Part shown: piece by piece, positions 13,601-24,293 of the stretch
Layout: every line of letters starts with the position of its first letter
How positions within the stretch are numbered: position 1 is the first letter of the stretch
Source: Azolla caroliniana
Taxonomy: Eukaryota > Plantae > Polypodiophyta
Direction: 5' to 3'
DNA length: 64,000 bases
Assembly: GCA_043228905.1 (NCBI GenBank)
Contig: JBHGNT010000007.1
Coordinates: 4,092,001 to 4,156,000 of the forward strand
Made by a program: the position numbers and the translations under genes
The notes under the pieces: generated by a model
Seen by the model: the letters and a program-made list of their open reading frames with translations, nothing else
Told to the model about the DNA's origin: nothing
Database searches by the model: none

Positions 13601-13612
13601 TGGTATCAGAGC
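13601..13612 (+). promoter_or_regulatory. Primer-binding site (initiator tRNA-Met) of Copia C
   Basis: tggtatcagagc 2 nt after the LTR end. Confidence 0.93.
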
Positions 13613-16600
13613 TTGGATGTCCTTCATCCCGCTGTCGGCCGCCATTCGAATCTTTGGATCACAACATTCTGTTTTTTTTTGTTTTGTATTTGAAGAAACA
13701 GAGAAGAGAGAAGAAGAAGAAAAACGAGGCTTGCATCTCATCGCGTTAGATCATCTTCGCTTGGAGTAAGCCAGCCGGTTGTACTCTGTTCCTCGTGATC
13801 GTAACCGCTCGAGGTGAAATCCCGTTGTGCAACATTGACATGATCATGCTCCACTCGATTAAACGGCATCCGAACAGGTCACCGAACGTTGCTCGCCGCC
13901 CGTTGTAACCACTCGGTGCAGATCGGTCTCAAGACAACAACCCCAATTCGTGCTTCATCCGGTTCATCGACATTCGAGAGGATCAATTGGATCCGTCTCT
14001 CTCGTCGCTGCAGTCACCCGAAGCAAAATCAGTCCAGACAATCGATTTCAATAATCGGTATTTGGCATATATATACGGAAGCGAACCGGGCTCACTCCGA
14101 CTCGGCAACATTCGGGAAGACCAGTCGGCTCTGTCCCTCAAGTTACCGGAGTCAATTCGAGCAAGTTCAACAATACATATATCTGAAACTGAACCGACTC
14201 GAGTTCAAATCCGACTAGAACGATATCGGGTGAGCCGACCGGCTGCACTCCAACAAGGTTCGTAGTCAACTCCGAACCGAGCTTCATCAACCGAAACCGA
14301 ATATGATGGCACAACAGCCTTCGAACTTTAGAAGAAGCTGTCAGAAACCTACGAAAAGAAGGTCGCCTCAACGAAGATGTATTTGATCCGGCGCCTCTAC
14401 AACTTGCGGATGAAAGACTCCGATTCGGTTCAGGCACACCTTAACGAGTACGAAAGTTTGAGCTCCCAAATCTCGTCATAGGGGACGACAATCGAGGATG
14501 AACTCAAAGCAATGATACTCATGAGCGGTCTCCCCTCCTCTTGGGAAACCTTCGTTACAACTGTGTGCAACGCTTCTACGACTGCCATCAAGTACTCTGA
14601 AGTCACAAGTGCAATCCTGACTAAAGCAGCTCGGAGAAAGTCTTTCACCAAAGACTCGGCAGAAGAAGCCTATGTAGTACAAGGTTCAACCGACCGATCG
14701 AACAACCGGGGAATAAGTTCTTCCCGACCGCCGACAAATCAGCGAAGCCGCAGCAAGTCCCGGGAAACCCGAATCTGCAACTACTGCAAGAAATCGGGAC
14801 ACATCAAGGTTGACTGTCGGGTACTCAAGTCAAAGACAGACAAAGCTCAGAGAGCTGATCAGAGGAGTAACCGGCATGAGGAAGTCAACTACGTCGGCTC
14901 TTCAGTCGAGATATTGATGACCGACCTGAACATATTGTCCATAGAGAATCTAGTTGAATCAGAAGTTCTGCTTACGACTGAGGAATCGAGCACATGGCTT
15001 CTGGACTCGGGCACGTCGTATCACTTGACACCTCACCGATCACAGTTTCGGCAATATTCAGACCGACATTCCGACTCAGTTTGAGTCGGAAATTCGCAGC
15101 ACTGTGCTATCATCGGAATCGGCACCGTAGAGCTCAACCTTCCGGGTGGCTCTACACTTGTACTACACAATGTCCGACACGTTCTTGAGCTCTCACGACC
15201 CTTGATCTCTGTCGGACAACTTGATGAAGCTGGCATTCGTGTTGGTTTCTCATCAGGAGGGTGGACACTCCACAGAGGGAACCTCTTGCTTGTTAGAGGA
15301 CCAAAGGTACACTCATTGTACCCTTTGTATGTCACACTTAGAGAGGGTGACTTATTTCTGGTAGATATCCCTGTGTCATCCTTATGGCATGGACGACTTG
15401 GACACCTCAGTAAGGCCGACATCACGCACCTATCCAGAGCCGGATACATCCCGAAACTCTCCTTCTCGGACCATCAGTTTTGCGAGCATTGCCAGTACGG
15501 CAAACAGGTAGCTGCATCACACCCGACATCAACACCAAGAGAGTCGAGCCCACTCGATTTGGTCCACTCGGACGTCTGTGGCCCGATGCCACATCAGTCA
15601 CTCAGTGGTGCCTCGTACTTCGTCAGTTTCATTGACGACTCGACTCGGAAGGTGTGGGCTTACCCCATCAAAACCAAAGATCGGGTGTTCTTGATCTTCT
15701 CATATTGGCTCGCAATGGTCGAAAACCAGACCGGTCGGAAACTGAAGTGTCTCCGAACCGATAATGGAGGTGAGTTCAAATATGATGAATTCGTCAAATT
15801 TTGCCGAGAACGCGACATTAGACGTGAATATACGACACCATGTAGTCCGGAGCAGAACGGAATCGCAGAACGCATGAATCAGACGATTCAAGAACGCGTT
15901 GTATCCATGCTCCAACACTCCGGACTGTCGGATGGCTTCTGGGTAGAGGCTCTACTCACGGCAGTACACATAATCAATATGTTGCCAAGTAGACTTCTAG
16001 GACTTAAGATACCTCAGGAAATATGGACCGGCAGAAAGCCAAATTATGATAAGCTGAGGATTTTCGGTTGCGAGGCATATGCCCTCATACCGAAAGACAA
16101 CCGCCGAAAACTCGAACCGAGATCAAGGAAATGCGTTTTCCTCGGGTATGGACCCGACGGCGAGATCGGATACCGACTCTAGAACCCCGAGCACAGGCAA
16201 ATCGTCCGAAGTTCGGACGTCGTGTTCAACGAGTCGACTATGCACAAAATGGCCGAAAGGCCTATTGAAGTCCGAAGGGTAATATTTTCCGAAGTGCCAA
16301 CCCTTCATGACGACCCAACACACAACACGAGACCGGTTTCACGGGTAACCGACTTCTCTCGCACCGAATCCACAGATTCGGCACAGCCGAATGGCTTGGC
16401 TTCCGACCATCCGACATCGACACCCGGTGTGACTAGTCCAGTCATACCTCGAAGATCCGAGAGACTGTCGCAACCTCCGAAGAGGTACTCTCCCGGAATT
16501 TTCTTCATTGACGCCGGCGAACCGACGTCCTACGAAGAAGCATCGGCAGCTGCTGATTCAGCCACCTGGCATCTAGCAATGGAGTCGGAAATGCACTCCA

Positions 16601-17981
16601 TCCGCGCCAACAAGACTTGGGATTTGGTCGACTTACCGAAGAATCGACGTGCTCTTCCTTACAAGTGGGTCTATAGACTAAAGGAGACGTCCGACTCGAC
16701 CACCCCAAAGTACAAGGCCAGATTAGTTGCGAAGGGATTTCGACAGGAATATGGCGTCGACTTCAACGAAATCTTTTCACCAGTGGTGAAAATGACCACC
16801 CTTCATTTCATGCTCGGTGTTGTGGCTGTTGACAATTTGGAGCTGATTCAGCTAGATGTGAAAACGGCATTCCTCCACGGTGATCTAAAGGAGGAAATCT
16901 ACATGGAGCAGCCGAAAGGCTTTGTGGCCACCGGTCAGGAACATCTAGTCTACCGACTCATGAAGAGTCTTTATGGCCTGAAACAGGCACCCCAACAGTG
17001 GTACAAGAAGTTCGACGATTTCATCCAGTCGGTTGGCTTCTCCAAGAGCGATGAGGACCATTGCCTCTTCACCACAACAGCTCAAGACGGTTCTCCCGTC
17101 TTCCTCATCATCTACGTGGACGACATGCTACTCTCCGGTCGGCATACCGGAGAGCTCACCGAACTCGTTCGGAAACTGTGATTGACGTTTGCCATGAAGG
17201 ACATCGGTCCGGCAAGACACATACTCGGAATGAAGATTAGTCGGAATCGCGCCAAAAGACAACTTTTTCTGTCTCAAACCGACTACATCAGACGTGTCTT
17301 GGAACGCTTCAACATGCAATCGGCCAAGTCTGCTTCGACCCCGCTCCCCATTCATCTTCGGCTTTCTCAGCGAGACTGCCCGACATCCGGTCCGGAGGGG
17401 GAAGACATGAAGTCGGTACCGTATGCACCGGCAGTAGGCTCTCTAATGTACGCGATGGTCGCGACACGGCCTGATATTTCTCACGCCGTAGGAGTCATCA
17501 ACAGATTTATGCACAATCCCGGCCGATTGTCAGGAATAGTACTAAAGCAGAGATGGAATTAGTACTAATAAGAGAAGTACTATTAGTACTAAGAAGACGG
17601 AACTGCGTGAGATTCCCGAGAGAGGAAGTGAGAAGAGGAGAGAGAGATAGCGAGGATGAGAGAGAGAGAAAGATGATGACAACAACTAATATATTATGTG
17701 AAAAGATAAGTACAAAGCGGCTAAGAGGCTTAAGACTGGCGTTGAACCAATTTGGTTCAACATAATGTCTAGTGCCTTCTTTTATAGGGTTGTCAGGAGT
17801 AATCCTGAAACTTCTAGAATGTTCCAGAGAAATCTGGAATATACATTACTTTCTTATAATAAAATATAAATGAAAATAATATCTTATGAATTACAATAGA
17901 TGGTGTGATGGTTAAGAGCTCGACCCATATACCATAAGGTCATGGGTTCAAGTCTTGCCATATCATGACACTATCTCCCCC

Positions 17982-20900
17982 TTAAAGACGACGAGTGGAA
18001 CGAGTCAGTGTTGATTGCGGATCGGGTTTGTCCGGATACTTTCTGTGGAAATCAACAAGCAGATCCTGAGCATTAACAACATGCTCGACGGGTTCCCAAG
18101 TGCGTTCGCTCGGACTATAACCAAGCCAATCGACCAAATAATAAAGTTTGTTGCGAATAAGTTTGGAATCGAGGATGGCAGCAACTTCATACTCCGGGCC
18201 GGCGTTCAACTCGAGCGAGGGCGGCGGTGGTGTAACACGATCGGGAATGGTGTTGGCTTTATAAGGTTCAAGAAGAGAACAATGGAAAACCGGATGTATC
18301 TGAAGCTGCGGAGGCAGATCAAGGCGGAATGTGACATCATTAACCTTACCCGTAATACGGAAAGGACCGAGTCGTCGATAATCCAACTTGTTGCACAGTC
18401 GAGTAGTCTTGATGTGACGACGTAAGAGCCATACTCGATCTCCGATGGCAAAAGAGGAGGGAAGTCGATGACGATCCGCGTAAGTCTTCTGTGTCTGTTG
18501 AGCATGACGAAGATGAGTCGAGAGATCTGTCTGGATCTTGCGTAGTCTCTCCAAATGATCCCCGGCACGAGGATTGGTAGGTAGTTCCGGGGTGTCCATC
18601 ACCGACCAACGAGGATGAGAACCGGTATAAGCATAGAATGGGGAAACTCGAGTCGAGGAGTGAACAACATTATTATACACAAACTCCGCAAAGTGGAGAA
18701 TCTCGGCCCAATCGTCCTGCTGATAACTCAGGAAACACCAGAGATATTGCTCCAGCGTTTGGTTTGTTCGTTCCGCCTGCCCATCGGTCTGAGAATGGTA
18801 ACCGGAGGAGAGGTTGCAAGAGACCTTGAGCATCTTGAAGAGATGCTGCCAAAATTTGGAGACAAATTGCGGTCCTTGGTCACTGATGATACTGTCTGGG
18901 AGGCCATGATGCCGAAATACCTCACGCATGACTAGGGCAGCGGTTTCCTCGCTAGTGATGGCCTTAGTACACGGAACGAAATGTGCCATCTTCGTATATC
19001 GATCAACAACGGTTAAGATAGCATCGAACCCCTGTGAGACCGGTAGATCTGTGATAAAATCAAGACAAATAGGCTGCCATGGCTTACTTGGAATCGGCTA
19101 GGGTTTCAACAAGCCATATGGATGGTGTCGTGGCATCTTTGCTCGGCAGCAAGCATCACAAGTCCGAACGTAGTCGTCAACAAAACGGCACATGTGGGGC
19201 CACCAAAAAGATCGTTGCACTAGCTCCAACGTCTTAGTACTACCGAAATGTCCCGTTGTATGGGTGTCGTGACAATGCTGGATGATTTGAAGGCGACAGG
19301 AGCAATCGGGGACATATACGCGCTTTTTAAAGAATAACAAACCATTATGATATTCGAATTGTCGGTAGTCAATACCTGGTTGTTGAGACTGAGAACAGTA
19401 TGCCCGAGAAGTATCAATGTGCGCCAGGATGTCTTGACCAAAGCTATCTGTCTTCAAGTTTGTACGTATGTCATCGGTAATCCGTGAATCCATCGGGGTG
19501 TGAAAAATCCATGTCGTGTGCAATCGTGTTGGTCCCAAGATTACTTGCTTTTGATTATCAAATGTTGGATCACCAGGACGAGGTGCAAGATACGAATGTC
19601 GTGATAGTGCATCTGCTTTTCCTTGCTGCTTCCCCGGTCGATATGTGATTTTGAGGTCGAAATGCGTGAGGAATTGCGCCCACCGAGCTTGCCATCGATT
19701 TAGTACGCGAGCGTTTTGGAAATAAGAAAGATTTTTATGATCACTAAAGACAATGACCTGATGTGGAGAGCCCTCTAAGAAATGTCGTCATTGCACAAAT
19801 GAATCCACGATGGCTAATAACTCCTTGTCATGTATTTCGTAGTTGATTTCCACGACATCGAATTTGCGCGAATGGAAAGCCACCGGATGCAACTCTTCTT
19901 TATCTCCTTGTTGAGAAAGGATGCTACCGAGAGCGAAATCTGAAGCGTCAGCCTCCATGATGAATGGTTTGCTGGTATCCACATGAGCTAGAATCGGTGC
20001 TGATGTAAAGGGTTTCTTAAGATGCCGAAAAGCCATATTTGCTTCAATGGACCAAAGAAATGCCTGGCCCTTCTTCGTAAGTTGTGTGAGGGGTAAAATA
20101 ATCTTTGAGTAATCCTGTATAAACTTACGGTAGAAGTTAGCAAAACCTAGAAAACATTGTACATCTCGTACCGACCGTGGAATTTGCCACTCAAGTACAG
20201 TTTGGACTTTAGCTAGATCCATGGCGATGCCCTTTGAGGAGATGACGTAGCCTATAAATTCCACTTGCTTGCAGTCAAAGCTACATTTTTCTAGCTTGGC
20301 ATAAAGACCATTCTCGCGGAGTCGTTTTAGTACTAATAGTACATGAGAATCGTGCTATTGCTGGGTCTTCGAATAAAGTAATAGATCATCCAGATAGATG
20401 ATCAAACAAATATCCAAGAGGTCTCTGAATATATCATTTGCCATGTGTTGGAAGACTGTGGGTGCATTGGTTAAGCCGAACGACATAACAGTATACTCGA
20501 AATGCCCATATCGCGTGCGAAAGGCGGTCTTCCATTCATCTCCCGGTCGGATCTGCACGAGGTTATACGCTCCTCGTAGATCGATTTTGGTAAAAAACTT
20601 GGCACCATTAACTCGCTCCAAAAGACTTGATATAAGAGGAAGTGCATACCTATTCCGGATGGTGACCTTATTCAATCCGCGGTAATCAACGACGAGACGA
20701 AGTGAGCCATCTTTCTTCTTGACAAAGAAGATGGGTGCACCGGCCGGAGATTTCGAATGACGGATGAACCCGCTTGCCAAGTTCTCCTCTATGTAGGCTC
20801 GAAGGACTTCTAACTCGGTGGGTGACAAGTTGTAAATTGGTCCCCATGGTGGCTCGGTTCCTGGTTGCAAATCGATGGGACAGTCATAGGGACGGTGATG

Positions 20901-21554
20901 AGGAAGGGTACCGACTTTTACCTTGTCAAATACATCGGCATAAGGATGATATTTTGCCGGAAGTTGTACTGAGGAGTCCTTCTTAATAGTGCTGGAAGGA
21001 TGTACTGATATTGCAAATAGGAACATTGCCTCCTTGTGTCATTCTTCGCGTAATTGATGGAGTGAAATGGTCGAAACTCGGTGAGTAGATTCTTGGGGTG
21101 GTCGATATCGGACTTCTCTTGTTCTCCAATCTATGGCTGGATTATGTAGTTCAAACCAAGGTAATCCTAGGACAATGGGATGCTCTGGACTACTAATTAT
21201 ATTAAATGATATTACACACACAAAACTACCTAGGACAACTTGAATGGGTTCTGATTCTTCTACAATATTCCCGGAAGCAATGAGACAACCATCAATGACT
21301 ACTACAGATGCGGGACAAGGAAGTTTTCTTAAGGATATCTGAGAAGCTTGGGCAAAATTTCGATCCATGAAACAGGAATTAGCTCCGTAATCTAAAAGTG
21401 CTAGGACGGGTACTAGAGGAGTACTTTTAGTACTAACAATGACTTGGGCTAGGAACACATTGCTAACTTGCTTAGAAGGAATGGAACCACTAATAGGCTG
21501 TACAGATCTAGGGCTGCTGTCCAACCAAACGGCTCCTATTTTGGCTGGACTCAA
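17982..21554 (-). pseudogene. Chromovirus D pol (PR, RT, RNase H, integrase, chromodomain) with premature stops
   Basis: ORFs 21039-21554, 20355-21026, 19788-20264, 19098-19538 and 17982-18989. The protease motif reads LLDYGA, versus LLDSGA in copy E. Confidence 0.93.
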
Positions 21555-22708
21555 TCGTTTAACTCTTCATCTAATTGACTAAGGACTTCAAATTTATTTG
21601 AGATACTTGGGTTATTAGTACTATGAATACTATCTGACACCCTATTAGTACTATTAATACTATCAGACACTCCGAAGGGAATAATTGACTCGGGTTTAGT
21701 ACAGGCGACGATTTGATTTACCTGTCTTCTTGGCCTATGCGGACAATTGATGGCGATATGCCCTAGTCCACCGCAATAAAGACATAATCGATTGGCACGT
21801 CGTCGTTGCTTTTCTTCTTCCGATAATGGGTCGCGTCGACGCATGGTGTTGATCTCCATCGGTGTCGGAATATTGGCTTGAGGTACATCGCGTGCAAACG
21901 ATTTAGCCGTGACTAAGGCGTATGTGGGTTCCAGCCGAGAGCGTAGTATTTGTAACTGACGTTCCGAACGCCGTTCGAAAAGGCAGTTGTCACATCGGAC
22001 CGCTCGACTGATTGCCTCCGTAAGAGATTTTGGTTCCTCGGGGAAGGTTAAAAGCAAGTCTTTGACATCGTTGCGCAAGCCGTAGCAAAACTGCTCCATG
22101 AGGGCCTGATCATCCCAGGGGATATCTGAGGCGAGTAGACGGAAATCTGCTGCGTAGGCCGAGGCTGGACGATCGCCTTGACGCAATCTTCGGATCTTGT
22201 TGATCGTCGTCCTGATGCTGTCGGTATCTCCAAAGCAAGCTTTAAACTCACCAATAAAATCTTCAAAGTTATTAAGCAAGGGTGATTGTTTTTCTAGAAG
22301 TGGAGCGAACCATGCCAAGGCTGAGCTGCTAAGTAACGTGCCTATTAGGCCGACTCGAGATGCATCAGTGGGATATCGGGAAGGATGCATCTGGATGACT
22401 AAGCGTACCTGATTAAGGAATCCCCGGAATTGCGATCGTGTTCCATCAAATTTCACAGGAAGTCCAATCTTGGGCTCTTTATGAAATCCTTGGGGACTTG
22501 ATCCTTGTTGTTGCAACGCTGCTTCGAGTTGTTGTACCCGTAACACTAACTCCCCATGTTGTTGTTGCGTTTGTTGTTTTTCGAGAGCGATTTGTTGCAG
22601 ATCCCCTATCAACCGTTGGTTTTCTTGTTCTAGGGCAACAAACTTTTCTTTTAGGCACTGTAACTCGGAGAAAACGGATTGATATTCTTGGGCACTAACA
22701 GTAGCCAT
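21551..22708 (-). CDS. gag: Chromovirus D Gag, 385 aa (coiled coil, capsid, CCHC knuckle)
   Basis: Intact ORF with KFDG..QFRGFLNQ, LRQG...AYAADF, PTPMEI and CLYCGGLGHIAINC. Confidence 0.92.
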   Translation of the reverse strand: MATVSAQEYQSVFSELQCLKEKFVALEQENQRLIGDLQQIALEKQQTQQQHGELVLRVQQLEAALQQQGSSPQGFHKEPKIGLPVKFDGTRSQFRGFLNQVRLVIQMHPSRYPTDASRVGLIGTLLSSSALAWFAPLLEKQSPLLNNFEDFIGEFKACFGDTDSIRTTINKIRRLRQGDRPASAYAADFRLLASDIPWDDQALMEQFCYGLRNDVKDLLLTFPEEPKSLTEAISRAVRCDNCLFERRSERQLQILRSRLEPTYALVTAKSFARDVPQANIPTPMEINTMRRRDPLSEEEKQRRRANRLCLYCGGLGHIAINCPHRPRRQVNQIVACTKPESIIPFGVSDSINSTNRVSDSIHSTNNPSISNKFEVLSQLDEELND

Positions 22709-24293
22709 AGTATAGGGAAAAGGGTAGGTCCGAGGAAAGGAAGAAAATTTGGTTCAAACTGTCAGGAATAGTACTAAAGCAGAGATGGAATTAGTACTAA
22801 TAAGAGAAGTACTATTAGTACTAAGAAGACGGGACTGCGTGAGATTCCCGAGAGAGGAAGTGAGAAGAGGAGAGAGAGATAGCGAGGATGAGAGAGAGAG
22901 AAAGATGATGACAACAACTAATATATTATGTGAAAAGATAAGTACAAAGCGGCTAAGAGGCTTAAGACTGGCGTTGAACCAATTTGGTTCAACATAATGT
23001 CTAGTGCCTTCTTTTATAGGGTTGTCAGGAGTAATCCTGAAACTTCTAGAATGTTCCAGAGAAATCTGGAATATACATTACTTTCTTATAATAAAATATA
23101 AATGAAAATAATATTTTATGAATTACAATAGATGGTGTGATGGTTAAGAGCTCGACCCATATACCATAAGGTCATGGGTTTGAGTCTTGCCATATCATGA
23201 CACCGATCGCACTGGAATGCAGTTAAGCATGTGTTCAGATATTTAGCTGGCACAAAAGACCACATCATCCTTTTCGGTCCGAACTCAACTTCAGGTGTAG
23301 TCGGTTACACCGACTTAGACTTCGCTGGCTGTGTGGACAGTCGCAAGTCAACAACCGGATATTGCTTTAAATTCGGCAATGGAGCAATCTCGTGGAAGTT
23401 GAAACTTCAGGAGTGCACAACCACCTCAATGACCGAAGCAGAATATGTAGCTGCCTCCGACACAACGAACGAAGCTTTATGGCTCGGTTGGCTGGCGCAC
23501 ACGTTTCGGCAAGTCGACTCCGACTCGGCTCCAGTTGTCTACAGTGATAGTCAGAGTGTTGTTGCTTTGTCGAAAAATCCGGTTCATCACAACGCCTCCA
23601 AGCATATCGAAGTTCGATATCACTTCGTTCGGGACAACGTCATTTCCGGGAAAATCGGTTTAGAGAAGATATCCACAACTGATAATGTCGCAGATGGAAT
23701 GACCAAGTGTCTTTCGGCAGACCGGTTCCGGTCTCTTCGGCAACAGATGGGCGTAACAACATATCGGTCCGGTTGAAGCCGGACATAGTGCAGGACGGTT
23801 TCGGACAACAGACATCGGTTCACTGACGATCGGCTTTAGCTTTTCCGACCCGACCGGTTCGGTCTTCTGTCTTTGGATCATGCCGATTCGAAAAAAACCG
23901 ATCTGTCCGAGAACCTATGCCTATACCTGTATTTTTAGATAGCCCATGTATACACCCATTACGGGGGAGTGTCGAATACAAATGTATAATGGACGTATTC
24001 ACACTATCCTCTTAGAGAGCCCAAGTTCGGGCTATTTCTGTAAATAACATAAAGGGTAGTTGCCCTAAGTGAGTCAATATATAAAGTGACTTTGTAACCT
24101 TTTGTAGAGGTTGGTTGTTCATTGTTGTAACGGTTGCCCTTTTATGAATATAGATATATTCTTTGTGCCTCTCTCTCTCTCTCTCTCAATGTATGTATTT
24201 TGTTCTTCCCTCTCTCATACGCATGTAATTTCTTCCTCATAGATTCATACTGTGTGATCTCTTCCGCACTAACGGCCTTGTCCACTCCCTACA

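Larger units (their letters stand above)
17528..23202 (-). mobile_element. Ty3/Gypsy chromovirus D (Tcn1/sushi-like), full length, young
   Basis: 443-bp LTRs 17528-17970 and 22760-23202 with 4 substitutions by my count. Exact TSD ccgat. PPT aagggggagatag. gag-PR-RT(YLDD)-RH-INT-chromodomain (EYEVAAILDSK...YLVDWLGY...TWEP). Confidence 0.96.
14300..23776 (+). pseudogene. Copia C gag-pol (several stops; split by insertion at 17528-23202)
   Basis: ORF pieces 14512-15084, 15202-16182, 16222-17181, 17182-17527 and 23208-23776. The frame rejoins as MHNPGR|SHWNAVKHVFRYL once D and one TSD copy are removed. Confidence 0.93.
13279..24293 (+). mobile_element. Ty1/Copia LTR retrotransposon C (Tnt1-like pol), interrupted by Gypsy D
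   Basis: LTRs 13279-13598 and 23970-24293. PBS tggtatcagagc 13601-13612, PPT acgggggag 23961-23969. gag CCHC (CNYCKKSGHIKVDC), PR (WLLDSG), INT (LRTDNGGEF), RT (YVDDML), RNase H (KHIEVRYHF). Confidence 0.95.

Noticed and set aside
17553-17765. Identical small ORFs in the D LTRs (also 22749-22997)
   Set aside because: Explained by LTR duplication and GA-rich low complexity.
17894-17967. Functional tRNA genes at the tRNA-like modules (also 28690-28755, 58061-58130, 61840-61910)
   Set aside because: Acceptor and anticodon stems do not pair fully, so they are reported as tRNA-derived modules, not tRNA genes.
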